A DNA stretch of 62,116 nucleotides, filler included, from 4 parts of 4 records of this genome joined end to end with filler, not necessarily neighbours in it; one strand, 5' to 3'; numbered from the whole stretch's first letter, positions 1-11,759 are shown. The notes: a model not told the origin generated them from the letters alone. Made by a program: numbers and translations.

Positions 1-597
1 AATATAGGTGTTGCGCACCATAAACTCTTTGAGAATATCGTTTTGAATAGTGCCCGAAAGCACCTGGCAATCATGGCCCTGCTCTTCACCTGTGACGATG
101 AAATTGGCCAAAATCGGGATCACCGCACCGTTCATCGTCATCGAGACGGATACTTTATCAAGCGAGATTCCTTCAAAAAGGATTTTCATATCCTCAACGC
201 TGTCAATCGCAACGCCAGCTTTGCCCACATCGCCTATAACGCGCGGGTGATCGCTGTCATAGCCGCGATGCGTGGCCAAATCAAACGCCACGGAAACGCC
301 CTGCTGCCCCGCAGCCAAGGCTTTGCGATAAAATGCATTGGAGGCTTCCGCTGTGGAAAATCCCGCATATTGGCGGATTGTCCAAGGGCGTCCAGCATAC
401 ATCGTGGCCTTAACGCCTCTAGTAAAGGGTTCTTGCCCTGGCAGCCCCTCTAAATGGGTAAGCCCCTGCAGATCATCCGCCGTGTAAATGGGATCCACGG
501 CAATACCTTCTAACGTATTCCAGGTTAAATCTGCCGGATCACGGCCGCGCAATTCTTTCGCCGCGATCTCTTGCCATATCGCTTTTTTCTGGGTCAT
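1..597 (-). CDS. scpA: Methylmalonyl-CoA mutase, N-terminal part (runs off window start; absent from ORF track)
   Basis: Manual translation from ATG at 597: [18 protein letters not shown]...[28 protein letters not shown]...[15 protein letters not shown]...SMTMNGAV...[18 protein letters not shown], diagnostic MCM motifs; neighbours pccAB. Confidence 0.97.
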   Translation of the reverse strand, partial: MTQKKAIWQEIAAKELRGRDPADLTWNTLEGIAVDPIYTADDLQGLTHLEGLPGQEPFTRGVKATMYAGRPWTIRQYAGFSTAEASNAFYRKALAAGQQGVSVAFDLATHRGYDSDHPRVIGDVGKAGVAIDSVEDMKILFEGISLDKVSVSMTMNGAVIPILANFIVTGEEQGHDCQVLSGTIQNDILKEFMVRNTYI

Positions 598-725
598 TTT
601 TCATCGCCCTCGCATTTTTCGCCGCGCCAAACACGCAGAGTTGAGTGAAAATTTTTAACGATCATAGCGAACCCCTCTTCGCAAACGCTTTCAAGAGACC
701 TATATCAAACTTAAAGGGAGTCATC

Positions 726-1148
726 ATGAAATCATTGATCGCCGCAATTTGTGTTGCCGCGCTGCCCAATTTGGGAGGCGCAGAAAGCCTTAAAACCATC
801 TTCGTAGACGTCACAAACGAAACCACGATCGACGGATATTTATGGCTAAAACGGCCGGTGATTGTTTTTGCCAATACCGACTTGGATGTAAATTTCCAGA
901 CCCAGATGAAATCTTTGCACCAAGGCGCAGAGGAATTGGCCGCACGCGATGTGGTGGTATTGGTCGATGCAAATCCCGCCGAAGAGACCGCCCTGCGCAA
1001 AAAATTCCGGCCACGCGGATTCGCGGTGCTGCTGATGGGCAAAGACGGGCAAATAAAACTGCGCAAACCATTTCCTTGGGATGCCAGAGAATTAAGCCGC
1101 AGCATCGATAAAATGCCTATGCGCCAGCAAGAAATGCGTTCAAAATAA
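726..1148 (+). CDS. DUF4174-like small exported protein
   Basis: ATG 726 after AAGGGAG; signal-peptide-like N-terminus; W..RPVIVFA, FAVLLMGKDGQIKLR and IDKMPMRQQEM match DUF4174 pattern. Confidence 0.8.
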   Translation: MKSLIAAICVAALPNLGGAESLKTIFVDVTNETTIDGYLWLKRPVIVFANTDLDVNFQTQMKSLHQGAEELAARDVVVLVDANPAEETALRKKFRPRGFAVLLMGKDGQIKLRKPFPWDARELSRSIDKMPMRQQEMRSK

Positions 1149-1268
1149 ACCAGCCATATGGGCCCGCCGTGCTGGGCTGACCCCTGCAGGCCCAAGCGTG
1201 GTAATCTACAGATAATTGCCCTCGGCCTTGGGCAATCAATTATATGTGAATGCGTCGGGCTCAACGGC

Positions 1269-3269
1269 TTACTCGAACTCAATGATAACGTCATCCACGG
1301 CCAAACTGTCTCCGGCCAGGGCGTTCACTTTTTGAACCACACCTTTGCGCTCGGCGCGCAGAATATTCTCCATTTTCATCGCCTCAATCGTGCATAAAGC
1401 TTGCCCCTCTTGAACCTCTTCACCTTCTTCAACACTGATCTTCACGAGCATTCCAGGCATCGGGCACAGCAACAGCTTTGAGGTATCAGGCGGCAGTTTC
1501 TCGGGCATCAACAGCGCCAATTCTGCGTGGCGGGGGCTGCGGATTGTGACCTTTAAATCCGCGCCGCGCGTGCGCAAGCGAAAACCACCTGATATCTCAT
1601 CGACCTTCATCACCAACGGCGTCTTATCCACCAGCATATCGGCCAATTTTATACCCGGCGTCCAGGCTCCAATTACATAATGCGCCGCGCCATCCTCAAA
1701 GGTGACCAAAGCCCCATTTGGATCCGCCGCTACGGTTACAGCATGAGTTTCCCCCTGCAAGCACACCACCCAGTGATCGCCAACTTTGCGCGCATGATTG
1801 TCGAGGCGTCCGGAAATCTGAGCCCGCCGTATTTCGCCAACGCGGTACATCGCAGCGCTGGCCGCAACAACCCGTCGCAAAGCAGCAGCTGGCAGCGTAA
1901 CCCCTTCAAAACCGTCCGGGTATTCTTCTGCGATAAACGCCGTTGTCATATCACCAGAGGTGAATTTTGGATGATCCATCACCGCGCTGAGAAAGGGCAA
2001 ATTATGGCCAATACCTTCAACTTCGAACCGGTCAAGCGCCAAGCGCATATGTTCAATCGCCCCGGCCCGGCTTGGCGCCCAGCTGCACAGCTTTGCGATC
2101 ATCGGATCATAATACATACTGATCTCGCCGCCCTCATACACCCCCGTATCGTTTCGGATAATATGATCATCTGAGGCTGTTTCGGCAGGCGGACGATAGC
2201 GGGTAAGCCGGCCAATAGAGGGCAAGAAGTTTCGATAAGGATCTTCTGCGTAAAGTCGGTTTTCAATAGACCATCCTTTGATCTGAACCGCGTCTTGGGT
2301 TAGGCCAAGCGGCTTGCCCGCCGCCACATTGATCATTTGCTCCACCAGATCGATGCCGGTGATCAGCTCGGTCACCGGATGTTCAACCTGCAAGCGCGTA
2401 TTCATTTCCAAAAAGTAAAAATTTTGCGCGCTATCGACGATAAATTCCACGGTGCCGGCGCTTTGATAGCCCACAGCTTGCGCCAAAGCGCAGGCTTGTT
2501 TGCCCATCGCAGCCCGGGTTTCTGGCGTTAAAAATGGGCTCGGCGCTTCTTCCACAACTTTTTGATTGCGCCGCTGGATCGAGCATTCGCGTTCGTTTAG
2601 ATAAATGCAATTGCCATGGCTATCCGCCAAAACCTGAATTTCAATATGGCGGGGTTGGGTGACGAATTTTTCAATAAAAATGCGATCATCCCCAAAGCTG
2701 CTGGCAGCTTCATTCTTAGAAGATTGAAAGCCTTCGCGTGCCTCATCATCCGTCCAGGCGATGCGCATGCCCTTGCCGCCACCCCCGGCCGAGGCTTTTA
2801 TCATCACCGGATAGCCAATTTGTTGCGAGATTTTAACCGCCTCTTCGGCATCGTTGATCAAGCCCATATATCCAGGCACGGTTGAAACGCCGGCCTCTTG
2901 GGCAATTTTCTTCGAGGTGATTTTATCGCCCATTTGCTCAATCGCGGCGACAGGGGGGCCAATAAAAGCCACATTCGCCGCCGCCAAAGCTTGCGCGAAC
3001 CGGCTGTTTTCAGACAGAAACCCATAGCCGGGATGCACCGCCTGCGCCCCTGAAATTGCAATCGCCTTCATCACATTTTCAATCACGATATAGGATTGAT
3101 TGGCCGGAGATGGGCCAATATGCACGGCTTCATCAGCCATTTGCACATGCAGCGCCTGACGGTCAGCATCCGAATAGATCGCAACTGTTTTGATTCCCAT
3201 TTTGCGGGCAGTTTTGATGACGCGGCAGGCTATTTCACCGCGGTTGGCTATCAGAATTTTCTCAAACAT
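1269..3269 (-). CDS. pccA: Propionyl-CoA carboxylase alpha subunit (biotin carboxylase + BCCP)
   Basis: KILIANRGEIA, GGGGKGMR, FLEMNTRLQVEHPVTE, biotinylation motif EAMKMEN; clustered with pccB and mcm. Confidence 0.96.
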   Translation of the reverse strand: MFEKILIANRGEIACRVIKTARKMGIKTVAIYSDADRQALHVQMADEAVHIGPSPANQSYIVIENVMKAIAISGAQAVHPGYGFLSENSRFAQALAAANVAFIGPPVAAIEQMGDKITSKKIAQEAGVSTVPGYMGLINDAEEAVKISQQIGYPVMIKASAGGGGKGMRIAWTDDEAREGFQSSKNEAASSFGDDRIFIEKFVTQPRHIEIQVLADSHGNCIYLNERECSIQRRNQKVVEEAPSPFLTPETRAAMGKQACALAQAVGYQSAGTVEFIVDSAQNFYFLEMNTRLQVEHPVTELITGIDLVEQMINVAAGKPLGLTQDAVQIKGWSIENRLYAEDPYRNFLPSIGRLTRYRPPAETASDDHIIRNDTGVYEGGEISMYYDPMIAKLCSWAPSRAGAIEHMRLALDRFEVEGIGHNLPFLSAVMDHPKFTSGDMTTAFIAEEYPDGFEGVTLPAAALRRVVAASAAMYRVGEIRRAQISGRLDNHARKVGDHWVVCLQGETHAVTVAADPNGALVTFEDGAAHYVIGAWTPGIKLADMLVDKTPLVMKVDEISGGFRLRTRGADLKVTIRSPRHAELALLMPEKLPPDTSKLLLCPMPGMLVKISVEEGEEVQEGQALCTIEAMKMENILRAERKGVVQKVNALAGDSLAVDDVIIEFE

Positions 3270-3283
3270 CGGAACAGTCCTTT

Positions 3284-3634
3284 TTATTCTGGATCAAACG
3301 CATCAGCAAAATTGGCGTGGATCAAATTCAAATCGAGGATCAGCTTAGCCCCATAACAGGCTGGATCAAACGGATCATCATAGGGTTTCACTTCGCGCTC
3401 GAACAGCCAATTGAGCCGCCCTGCATCCAGATTTCCCCGCTCAAAGGGTTGATCCCAAAAATGTTCAAGCAGCGCGCGCACGAAGCCCGTATCGGCCCGC
3501 CGATCCGGGGGGCGACGGTCTTTAAAGCGCTCAAGCCGTTTCAAAGGCGTCACGCCTTTGGGGTTGGGCCGGCGAATGGTGAATTGAAAATCTGTACCCG
3601 GCAAACGCCCCGGGAAGCCACGATGTTTTAGCAT
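3284..3634 (-). CDS. Hypothetical protein between pccB and pccA
   Basis: 116-aa ORF co-oriented with pcc genes, 14 bp from pccA start, overlaps upstream ORF. Confidence 0.75.
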   Translation of the reverse strand: MLKHRGFPGRLPGTDFQFTIRRPNPKGVTPLKRLERFKDRRPPDRRADTGFVRALLEHFWDQPFERGNLDAGRLNWLFEREVKPYDDPFDPACYGAKLILDLNLIHANFADAFDPE

Positions 3635-4023
3635 GATGGGAGAGCCTTTTGTTTATGGCAATGGGGGCCGCGCGCTGCGGCAAAGGCCGCCCAACGACGC
3701 TGGTTATCTCGATTGCTCAAGACATCAAAGATCCGCTCGCCAGAGCGCTCAAATGGCGCTGGGCATGTCAACTCGCCCCCGGCCCGTACGTGTAAATGCG
3801 CCCCGCGATCAGTGATTTCAACCACCGGCAAAAACCCCCTAATCGATTGCAGTTTGCGCCAAATATCTTGCCGAATTTGGCGCGCCAAACGCGGCGCAGA
3901 CATCAGGGGCATAGAAATCTCGCGGCTGATATCAAACCGCGCTGGAAGCCGGCGCGCCAATGTGAAACATGGTCCATCATAGATTTCGAACCAATTGCCG
4001 CGCTTGATGGTTTTCTGGTGCAT
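3628..4023 (-). CDS. Hypothetical protein between pccB and pccA
   Basis: 131-aa ORF starting 41 bp after pccB stop, 7-bp overlap with next gene. Confidence 0.7.
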   Translation of the reverse strand: MHQKTIKRGNWFEIYDGPCFTLARRLPARFDISREISMPLMSAPRLARQIRQDIWRKLQSIRGFLPVVEITDRGAHLHVRAGGELTCPAPFERSGERIFDVLSNRDNQRRWAAFAAARGPHCHKQKALPSC

Positions 4024-4064
4024 GCTCAGCTCACATCACTACTAAAAATCAAAGTAAAACCTTT

Positions 4065-5597
4065 TTACAATGGTATATTATCATGCTTTTTCCATGGATT
4101 TTTCAGCTGCTTACCGCGCAGGGATGCAAAAGCCCTCGAGACCCGTTTGCGGGTTGATTTGGGTTGAATAACCTCATCTATAAAGCCCAGCTCTGCGGCC
4201 ACGAACGGATTGGCAAACCGGTCTTCGTAATCGGCTGTATGTTGCGCGATTTTATCTGCATCGCCCAAATCGGCGCGATGAATAATCTCGGTTGCGCCCT
4301 TGGCCCCCATCACAGCAATCTCGGCGGTGGGCCAGGCATAGTTAAAATCACCCCGTAAATGTTTTGAGGACATCACATCATAGGCTCCGCCATAGGCTTT
4401 GCGGGTGATCACGGTTACTTTTGGCACCGTGGCTTCGCCATAAGCAAAGAGCAATTTCGCACCATGCTTGATCACCCCACCATATTCTTGCGAGGTGCCG
4501 GGCAGGAACCCCGGCACATCCACAAGCGTCAGAATTGGGATTTCAAACGCATCGCAAAACCGCACGAACCGGGCCGCTTTGCGCGAACTGTCAATATCAA
4601 GGCATCCCGCGAGCACCATGGGTTGGTTCGCCACGATGCCGACGCTTTGCCCCTCTAATCGAATAAACCCAGTTAAGATGTTCTTTGCAAAATCTTCCTG
4701 AATTTCAAAAAAATCACCTTCATCGGCGATTTTAAAAACCAATTCCTTCATATCATAAGGGGTGTTGGGATTATCAGGGATCAAAGTATCCAATGACGCC
4801 TCAATGCGGCCCGGCTCATCAAAAAACGGGCGTATGGGTGGCTTTTCACGGTTGTTCAAAGGCAGAAAATCAACCAAACGACGGGCCTCGCTCAACGCAA
4901 CGATATCATTCTCATACGCCGCATCCGCAACAGATGATTTCTTGGTATGCGTCGCGGCGCCGCCCAATTCTTCGGCCGTGACCACCTCATTGGTCACCGT
5001 TTTGACCACATCGGGCCCCGTGACGAACATATAAGAGCTGTCTTTGACCATCAGAATGAAATCGGTCATCGCGGGGGAATAGACCGCGCCGCCGGCGCAA
5101 GGACCCATGATCAAGCTGATTTGCGGCACCACGCCAGAGGCCAAAATATTACGCTGGAACACTTCGGCATATCCTGCAAGCGAGGCAACCCCCTCTTGGA
5201 TACGTGCTCCACCAGAATCGTTTATGCCAATCACCGGCGCGCCATTTTGCAACGCCATATCCATGATTTTACAAATTTTTTGGGCATGCGTCTCAGAGAG
5301 CGAGCCCCCGAACACGGTGAAATCTTGCGAGAAAACATAAACCATTCGGCCATTAATCGTGCCCCAACCGGTGATCACACCATCGCCGGGCGGGCGCTGT
5401 TTTTCCATACCAAAATCAGTGCAGCGATGCGCAACAAACATGTCAAACTCTTCGAAACTGTCTTCATCCAACAGCAGCTCAACCCGCTCGCGCGCGGTTA
5501 ATTTACCCTTGGCATGCTGCGCCTCTATGCGCTTGCTGCCGCCGCCTTGGCGCGCAACGTCGCGGCGCTGCTCAAGCTGTTGCAAAATATCTTTCAT
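4065..5597 (-). CDS. pccB: Propionyl-CoA carboxylase beta subunit (carboxyltransferase)
   Basis: [52 protein letters not shown] terminus. Confidence 0.97.
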   Translation of the reverse strand: MKDILQQLEQRRDVARQGGGSKRIEAQHAKGKLTARERVELLLDEDSFEEFDMFVAHRCTDFGMEKQRPPGDGVITGWGTINGRMVYVFSQDFTVFGGSLSETHAQKICKIMDMALQNGAPVIGINDSGGARIQEGVASLAGYAEVFQRNILASGVVPQISLIMGPCAGGAVYSPAMTDFILMVKDSSYMFVTGPDVVKTVTNEVVTAEELGGAATHTKKSSVADAAYENDIVALSEARRLVDFLPLNNREKPPIRPFFDEPGRIEASLDTLIPDNPNTPYDMKELVFKIADEGDFFEIQEDFAKNILTGFIRLEGQSVGIVANQPMVLAGCLDIDSSRKAARFVRFCDAFEIPILTLVDVPGFLPGTSQEYGGVIKHGAKLLFAYGEATVPKVTVITRKAYGGAYDVMSSKHLRGDFNYAWPTAEIAVMGAKGATEIIHRADLGDADKIAQHTADYEDRFANPFVAAELGFIDEVIQPKSTRKRVSRAFASLRGKQLKNPWKKHDNIPL

Positions 5598-5660
5598 CTT
5601 GACTCCTTCGGCAATCTGCCGCTTCTGCTATACTGCTTGCGGTGTAACGCAAAGAAGATT

Positions 5661-5716
5661 TATGCAAATTTGCAAATAAATCTGCGGATTAAAGTGCTAA
5701 TTTGTTAATTTGCTAA
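5661..5716. promoter_or_regulatory. Candidate PccR (ScfR-family) operator array upstream of pccB
   Basis: TATGCAAA-TTTGCAAA (5661-5676) and TTTGTTAA-TTTGCTAA (5701-5716); TTTGCAAA is the reported PccR/PrpR-type box. Confidence 0.7.
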
Positions 5717-5779
5717 CTTTATTTTAGCCAGCAAAGAGATAACCCCACCCGCCTTCTTCTGGATGGTTAAGGAGCGTAT

Positions 5780-6997
5780 ATGATCGAAAGACCCAAGGCC
5801 CAGTTTCTTAACCGGCAAACCCAGCCGCATATGGCCACGCTGATTTTGATGGTCAGCATTTCGGCGCTGGCGATGAATATCTTTTTACCAAGCCTCCCGC
5901 GCATGGCGGATGAGTTTGGCACCAGCGCCGCCATTTTAGGGTTGTCAGTGAGCGTATATCTAGCGATCAGCGCACTGGTTCAGTTATTCTCGGGGCCGCT
6001 TTCGGATATGCAGGGGCGCCGTCAAGTCACTCTTTGGTCGATTGCCCTGTTCACGGCGGTCAGCATCGCCATTACCTTTTGTCAAAGCACCGAGTCATTT
6101 TTGATTTTGCGCGCAATCCAATCTGTCATCGCAAGCGTTTTTGTGATTTCGCGCGCCATCGTACGCGACACCACCGATACCGCAAGTTCGGGCTCTCGGA
6201 TCGCTTATATCATGATGGGTATGGCGCTGGTGCCGATGTTCGGGCCAGCTTTGGGCGGGGTGATTGATGCCTATTTTGGCTGGCGCGCTAATTTTTGGAT
6301 TCTAAGCCTGCTGGGGGTGGCGCTTTGGCTCAATTGCTTTTTTGACCTTGGCGAAACCGCGCCAACGGCAGATGTGGAATTCCAAGCGCATTTTGCGCTC
6401 TACCCCGATCTTTTGCGTTCAAAACGGTTTTGGGGGTATTGCTTCACCTCCGCATTGGGATCAGGCGCCTTCTTCGCCTATCTGGGCGGGGCCCCTTTTG
6501 TTGGCTCTGAAATATTCAACTTAAGCCCAGAGGCGCTCGGGTTATTCTTCGGCGCACCGGCAGCCGGATATTTTTTGGGAAACTTTTTCACCGGGCGGTT
6601 TTCGTCGCGGATCGGCCTTGATGCGATGATTTTTTGGGGGCTGGCCGTGAACTTATTTGGCCTCACCGCCTCTTTGGCCGTATTCTACAACGGCATGGGG
6701 TCAGCAATCAGCTTTTTTGGCTTCATGACCTTTGTCGGATTTGGCAATGGATTAAGCATTCCCAACGCCACGGCCGGCATGCTCGCCATACGCCCAGATC
6801 TTGCCGGCGCCGCCTCAGGGCTTGGCAGCGCCATTATGATTGCGGGCGGGGCGGCCTTATCCGCCCTTGCCGGCGCCGTTTTAACGCCAACCAGCGGCGC
6901 CACGCCCCTGCTATGGTTGATGTGGAGCTCGGTTGCCGCAGGGGTGATCTGCATGATCTATGTCAAAAAACGCCACCGCAGTATTCAAACCTCTTGA
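5780..6997 (+). CDS. Bcr/CflA-family multidrug MFS transporter
   Basis: MNIFLPSLP, GPLSDMQGRR, PMFGPALGG, WRANF motifs; about 12 hydrophobic segments. Confidence 0.9.
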   Translation: MIERPKAQFLNRQTQPHMATLILMVSISALAMNIFLPSLPRMADEFGTSAAILGLSVSVYLAISALVQLFSGPLSDMQGRRQVTLWSIALFTAVSIAITFCQSTESFLILRAIQSVIASVFVISRAIVRDTTDTASSGSRIAYIMMGMALVPMFGPALGGVIDAYFGWRANFWILSLLGVALWLNCFFDLGETAPTADVEFQAHFALYPDLLRSKRFWGYCFTSALGSGAFFAYLGGAPFVGSEIFNLSPEALGLFFGAPAAGYFLGNFFTGRFSSRIGLDAMIFWGLAVNLFGLTASLAVFYNGMGSAISFFGFMTFVGFGNGLSIPNATAGMLAIRPDLAGAASGLGSAIMIAGGAALSALAGAVLTPTSGATPLLWLMWSSVAAGVICMIYVKKRHRSIQTS

Positions 6998-7011
6998 CGC
7001 CTCTACCATAA

Positions 7012-7049
7012 TTAGCAAGCTTAGCAGATCATTTTTGAAAATTTGCAAA
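7012..7049. promoter_or_regulatory. Candidate PccR autoregulatory sites
   Basis: TTAGCAAG (7012), TTAGCAGA (7021) and TTTGCAAA (7042-7049) just before pccR ATG at 7061. Confidence 0.55.
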
Positions 7050-7060
7050 TCGGGGTAACA

Positions 7061-8461
7061 ATGGCCGTTCAAAAGCTCTATGCCGGCGCCAAGCTGCGCG
7101 ATCTACGCCGTAAGCTGAGCCTGACACAAAAGGAATTTGCCGCGCGGCTGGGCGTGTCGCTGCCCTATTTGAATCAGATTGAAAACAACAACCGGCCCGT
7201 TTCCAGTTCTATTCTCTTGGCATTGGCCCAAGAATTCGGCTTTGACATCACAGAATTATCAAGCGGAGAAAGCGAGCGGCTTGTCAGCGATCTGCGCGAA
7301 GTTCTGGTGGACCCGATTTTTAGCGAAGCGCAACCCTCGCTTGGCGATCTGCGGCTGGTGGCGTTTAATGCCCCGGCCTTTAGCCGCGCATTTCTGGATC
7401 TACACCGCGCGTATAAAAACACCCAAGAACGCATGATGTCATTTGATGAAGCCTTGGGTTGGCAAGACGGGCATATGCAGCCCAACCCATGGGAAGAGGT
7501 ACGTGATTTCTTTCATTATTGCGACAATTACCTGGATGCGGTGGATAAAGCGGCCGAACGTTTCGCGCATGGGTGGCAGGGGCCCAACTGGCTGCGTGGA
7601 AAAGTTGAAAAGGCGCTTGCAGGCTTAGGAATACGCGTGGAATTAAGCGACCAAACCCCATTGCGGCACTATGATAAGACCCAAAACCGGCTGAGCTTGA
7701 GCGCCCATGCAAGCCCACCAACGCAAATTTTTCAACTCTGCCTGCAATTTGCCCTGATCACAGAAGAGCCTTTGCTCGAGGCCACATTGGATTTGGCGCG
7801 GTTTCAAACACCTCAAGCCCGCGATATTGCAAAAATTGGTCTGGCCAATTATTTCGCCGGCGCCGTGATGATGCCCTACAGAATATTTTTGCAGGCGGCT
7901 CAAGACGAGCGCCATGACCTAGAGCGGTTGGCCCGCCACTTTGGAGCGTCGTTAGAACAAGTCGCGCATCGGCTCTCTACGCTGCAAAGGCCCGGCGCAA
8001 AAGGTATTCCCTTTTTCTTCGTGCGCGTCGACCAAGCAGGCAACATCACCAAACGCCATTCTGCGACGCGGCTGCAATTTGCGCGCTTTGGCGGCGCGTG
8101 CCCGCTGTGGAATGTGCATCGCGCCTTTGAAACACCGGGGCGATTTTTGCGGCAATTGGCCGAAACGCCAGATGGAGCGCGTTACATTTCGCTTGCCCAT
8201 GATGTGTCAAAAACCGGGGGCTCGTTTGGGGCTCCGGCGCACCGCTATGCCATTGCGCTGGGCTGCGAAGTGAAACATGCCGCGACCATGGTCTATGCCG
8301 ATGGAATGGACCTTGACACCCCGCATGCCTATGAACCTATTGGCGTTTCATGCCGGGTCTGTGATCGGCGCGCCTGCCACCAACGCGCGCTGCCCCCGTT
8401 AGATAAAGAGCTTAGCATTGATCATGATCTACGCGAAAACCTTCCCTATTCCATCCAGTGA
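7061..8461 (+). CDS. pccR: Short-chain fatty acyl-CoA regulator (ScfR/PccR/RamB family)
   Basis: XRE HTH (LGVSLPYLNQIENNNRP), ANYFAGA, RVDQAGNITKR, GGACPLW, C-terminal CRVCDRRAC; start set at MAVQKLYAG. Confidence 0.9.
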   Translation: MAVQKLYAGAKLRDLRRKLSLTQKEFAARLGVSLPYLNQIENNNRPVSSSILLALAQEFGFDITELSSGESERLVSDLREVLVDPIFSEAQPSLGDLRLVAFNAPAFSRAFLDLHRAYKNTQERMMSFDEALGWQDGHMQPNPWEEVRDFFHYCDNYLDAVDKAAERFAHGWQGPNWLRGKVEKALAGLGIRVELSDQTPLRHYDKTQNRLSLSAHASPPTQIFQLCLQFALITEEPLLEATLDLARFQTPQARDIAKIGLANYFAGAVMMPYRIFLQAAQDERHDLERLARHFGASLEQVAHRLSTLQRPGAKGIPFFFVRVDQAGNITKRHSATRLQFARFGGACPLWNVHRAFETPGRFLRQLAETPDGARYISLAHDVSKTGGSFGAPAHRYAIALGCEVKHAATMVYADGMDLDTPHAYEPIGVSCRVCDRRACHQRALPPLDKELSIDHDLRENLPYSIQ

Positions 8462-8498
8462 TCGCTAAAAATCGCCGCGCCGTTTAAGGCCCGCTTCT

Positions 8499-10166
8499 TT
8501 AGCGCTGGCTGGTCTGCCAATCCGGCGCCAACCAGGGCTGTGAATTGGCGCGCGCAAGCGGCGTTTTACCCAAAATAAGATCACTGGCTTTCTCGCCAAC
8601 CATGATCGAAGGCCCGTTTAAATTGCCATTGGTGATTTGTGGAAAAATGCTGCTATCAACCACGCGCAGCCCCGTAACACCAATCACATTTGTTTGCGGA
8701 TCGACCACCGCCAAAGGATCATCCACCGCCCCCATTTTACAGGTACCGCAGGGATGATAGGCGCTTTCGGCATGGGCGCGGATAAATCCGTCAATCTGGG
8801 CATCGGTTTGCAACGCAACACCGGGTTGAATTTCGTGTTTTACAAACGGCCGAAAGGCCTCTTGCGCGAAGATCTCTCGCGTGAGGCGAATACCGCGGCG
8901 GAAATCTATCCAATCTTTTTCGGTAGACATATAGTTAAAGGTAATTTTTGGGCTGTCTTCCGGCTTGGCCGACCGCAAAGTAACCGCCCCGCGAGACGGG
9001 CTGCGCATCGGGCCTATATGGGCTTGAAATCCGTGCCCCTCTGAGGCTGCCTGGCCATCATAGCGCACCGCGATGGGCAAAAAATGAAATTGCAAATCGG
9101 GATATTCTACCCCCGCGGCCGAACGAATAAATCCGGCGCTTTCAAATTGATTAGACGCGCCAGGGCCGCTGCGCGTCAACGCCCATTGCAGCCCAACCCG
9201 CGCCTTTCCAAGCAGATTCCAATATTTAAACAGGCTCACCGGTTGGCTGGCAGCCATTTGAATATAGACCTCCAAATGATCCTGAAGATTTTGGCCAACG
9301 CCAGGGCGGTCCGCCACTATTGGGATGCCATGAGCGGTCAGATGCGCGGCAGGGCCAATCCCAGAGAGCATCAATAGTTTCGGGGAATTGATCGAAGAGC
9401 TTGCTAAAATCACTTCTTTTTTGGCCCGAACGGTTTTCAAGCCCCCGCCTGCCAAAAGCTCAACCCCAACCGCGCGACGTCCGGAAAACACGATCTTACG
9501 CGCCAGGCCACGGATCAGATTGCAATTTTTACGTTGTAAGGCAGGGCGCAGATACGCTTTTGCAGCGGACCAGCGGGCCCCTTTGTGAATGGTATGCTCC
9601 ATCGGGCCAAAGCCCTCTTGCTTCTGGCCGTTATAATCGTCGGTCAGCTGATAGCCGGCCTGCCGGCCAGCCTGCACAAAAGCCTGCACCAAGGGGTTAT
9701 CGCGCTTGCCGCGCGTCACGTGCAACGGGCCATCGCTTCCGCGCCAGCTGGCATCGCCGCCATGCCCGGCCGGATCCCAGGTTTCCATACGTTTATAATA
9801 GGGCAGCACATCCGCGTAAGACCAGCCGCTGGCCCCCATTGCCTCCCACGTGTCAAAATCTTTGGCATGGCCGCGCACATAAACCATACCATTGATGCTA
9901 GAAGACCCCCCAATCACCTTGCCGCGCGGGCAGGCAAGCTGCCGCCCGCCCAGATGCGGCTCGGGCTCGGACCGATAGCCCCAATCATAGCGCTTCATAT
10001 TCATCGGAAAGCTCAACGCGCCGGGCATCTGAATAAGCGGGCCCGCATCGCTGCCGCCATATTCCACCACCAGGACCGAAGCCCCCGCCTCGCTTAAGCG
10101 ATACGCAAGGGCGCAGCCCGCGCTGCCAGCTCCGACAATCACATAATCGGCTTCTGCCGCGCTCAT
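8499..10166 (-). CDS. betA: Choline dehydrogenase (GMC oxidoreductase)
   Basis: GAGSAG FAD motif, [36 protein letters not shown] 10166 follows GAGG. Confidence 0.95.
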   Translation of the reverse strand: MSAAEADYVIVGAGSAGCALAYRLSEAGASVLVVEYGGSDAGPLIQMPGALSFPMNMKRYDWGYRSEPEPHLGGRQLACPRGKVIGGSSSINGMVYVRGHAKDFDTWEAMGASGWSYADVLPYYKRMETWDPAGHGGDASWRGSDGPLHVTRGKRDNPLVQAFVQAGRQAGYQLTDDYNGQKQEGFGPMEHTIHKGARWSAAKAYLRPALQRKNCNLIRGLARKIVFSGRRAVGVELLAGGGLKTVRAKKEVILASSSINSPKLLMLSGIGPAAHLTAHGIPIVADRPGVGQNLQDHLEVYIQMAASQPVSLFKYWNLLGKARVGLQWALTRSGPGASNQFESAGFIRSAAGVEYPDLQFHFLPIAVRYDGQAASEGHGFQAHIGPMRSPSRGAVTLRSAKPEDSPKITFNYMSTEKDWIDFRRGIRLTREIFAQEAFRPFVKHEIQPGVALQTDAQIDGFIRAHAESAYHPCGTCKMGAVDDPLAVVDPQTNVIGVTGLRVVDSSIFPQITNGNLNGPSIMVGEKASDLILGKTPLARANSQPWLAPDWQTSQR

Positions 10167-10211
10167 GCGCGCCACCTCAGGTTCCGTGCATAAATGTGGA
10201 TACCCGCGCGT

Positions 10212-11666
10212 TCAAAACGGTGCATCAACATCCCCCATACGCACATAGACCGATTTCAACTGCGAATAATGCTCGATCGCGTTTTTCGAGTTTTCGCGCC
10301 CGATACCGGATAATTTCATACCGCCAAAAGGCGCCTCGACGGGGGCATCATTATATGAATTGATAAAGCAACTGCCCGCCTGCAATTTACCAATTACACG
10401 ATGCGCGCGGCTTATATCACGGGTAAAAACCCCTGCAGAGAGGCCATATTCGGTGTTATTCGCACGCGCCACCACATCCCCCTCATCATCAAAATCCAAA
10501 ACGCTGAGAACGGGCCCAAAGATTTCCTCGCGCGCGATCGTCATCTGATCGCTGACATCTGCAAACACGGTCGGCGCCAAATAATAGCCCGGGCGCTCAA
10601 GCCGCCGCCCGCCGCAGACCAGCCGCGCGCCCTCGGAAATACCTTGCGCGATAAACCCCTGAACAATCTGCATCTGCCGATCACTGACCAGCGGGCCAAA
10701 ATTTGTGGTTTCATCGAGCGGATCGCCGATCACCGCCTGTTCAAGCCGCGCGCTTAAACGATCCAAAAACGCCTCTTTAATGGCCTTATGCACAAATACC
10801 CGCGTGCCATTGGAACAAATTTGACCTGACGAGTAGAAATTCGCCAGGATCGCCCCGCCAACGGCATTTTCCAAATCCGCATCTTCAAATATAATCAGTG
10901 GCGATTTACCCCCCAGCTCAAGCGTCACCTGCTTCAGACCCACGGCCGCGCTTTGGTAAACTTTGCGCCCCGTTGCCACCGATCCGGTGAGCGAAACTTT
11001 GTTGATGCGCGGATCCTGCAGCAACGCCGCCCCAACATCGCCCTGCCCTTGTACAACGTTGAACACGCCATCTGGCAAACCAGCTTCACTGAGGATTTCG
11101 GCGATTTTCAGCGCGCAAAGTGGCGTGGTTTCTGATGGTTTGAAAATCATCGCATTGCCGCAAGCCAAGGCTGGCGCAGCTTTCCAGCAGGCGATTTGGG
11201 TCGGGTAATTCCAGGCACCAATGCCAAGACAGATCCCCAAAGCTTCGCGGCGCGTATAGACCCAATCTTCGCCAAGCTGGATATGCTCTCCAGTCACATT
11301 TCCCGCCAAACCCCCGAAATATTCAAGCGCATCGGCGCCGCTGGTGGCATCCGCATAAAGCGTTTCCGAAAGCGGTTTGCCCGTATCATGGGTTTCCAGC
11401 ACCGATAGTTCTCGGTTGCGGGCGCGGATCAGATCGGCAGCGCGGCGCAATACGCGCCCCCGTTCAGTGCCCGAGCGCGCCGCCCAGTCCTGCTGCGCGG
11501 CCTGCGCCGCGCCGAGCGCCTGCTCGATAATCTGATCCGTACCCGCGTGTATCTGTGCGATAACAGCCCCTGAAGCGGGGTATGTCACGTCAAACCGCGA
11601 CCCGCTTTTATCTTCAACATAGCGCCCACCGATAAAATGGCTTGCCGTTGGCTGCGTGCTAGACAT
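10212..11666 (-). CDS. betB: Betaine aldehyde dehydrogenase
   Basis: [40 protein letters not shown]. Confidence 0.95.
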   Translation of the reverse strand: MSSTQPTASHFIGGRYVEDKSGSRFDVTYPASGAVIAQIHAGTDQIIEQALGAAQAAQQDWAARSGTERGRVLRRAADLIRARNRELSVLETHDTGKPLSETLYADATSGADALEYFGGLAGNVTGEHIQLGEDWVYTRREALGICLGIGAWNYPTQIACWKAAPALACGNAMIFKPSETTPLCALKIAEILSEAGLPDGVFNVVQGQGDVGAALLQDPRINKVSLTGSVATGRKVYQSAAVGLKQVTLELGGKSPLIIFEDADLENAVGGAILANFYSSGQICSNGTRVFVHKAIKEAFLDRLSARLEQAVIGDPLDETTNFGPLVSDRQMQIVQGFIAQGISEGARLVCGGRRLERPGYYLAPTVFADVSDQMTIAREEIFGPVLSVLDFDDEGDVVARANNTEYGLSAGVFTRDISRAHRVIGKLQAGSCFINSYNDAPVEAPFGGMKLSGIGRENSKNAIEHYSQLKSVYVRMGDVDAPF

Positions 11667-11719
11667 GCATATCCCCCTTCAAAGCTGCGCGGAAAGCCCT
11701 AGCAGAAAAAGTGATATAG

Positions 11720-11759
11720 ATAAATAAAAATTTATATGGCCATATTAATTTTGATATAT
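11720..11759. promoter_or_regulatory. 40-bp AT-rich imperfect palindrome, candidate BetI/TetR operator
   Basis: ATAAATAAAAATTTATATGG|CCATATTAATTTTGATATAT, 17 of 20 positions pair; between divergent betB and betI starts. Confidence 0.6.

Noticed and set aside
43-453. Plus-strand 136-aa ORF
   Set aside because: Antisense shadow of methylmalonyl-CoA mutase
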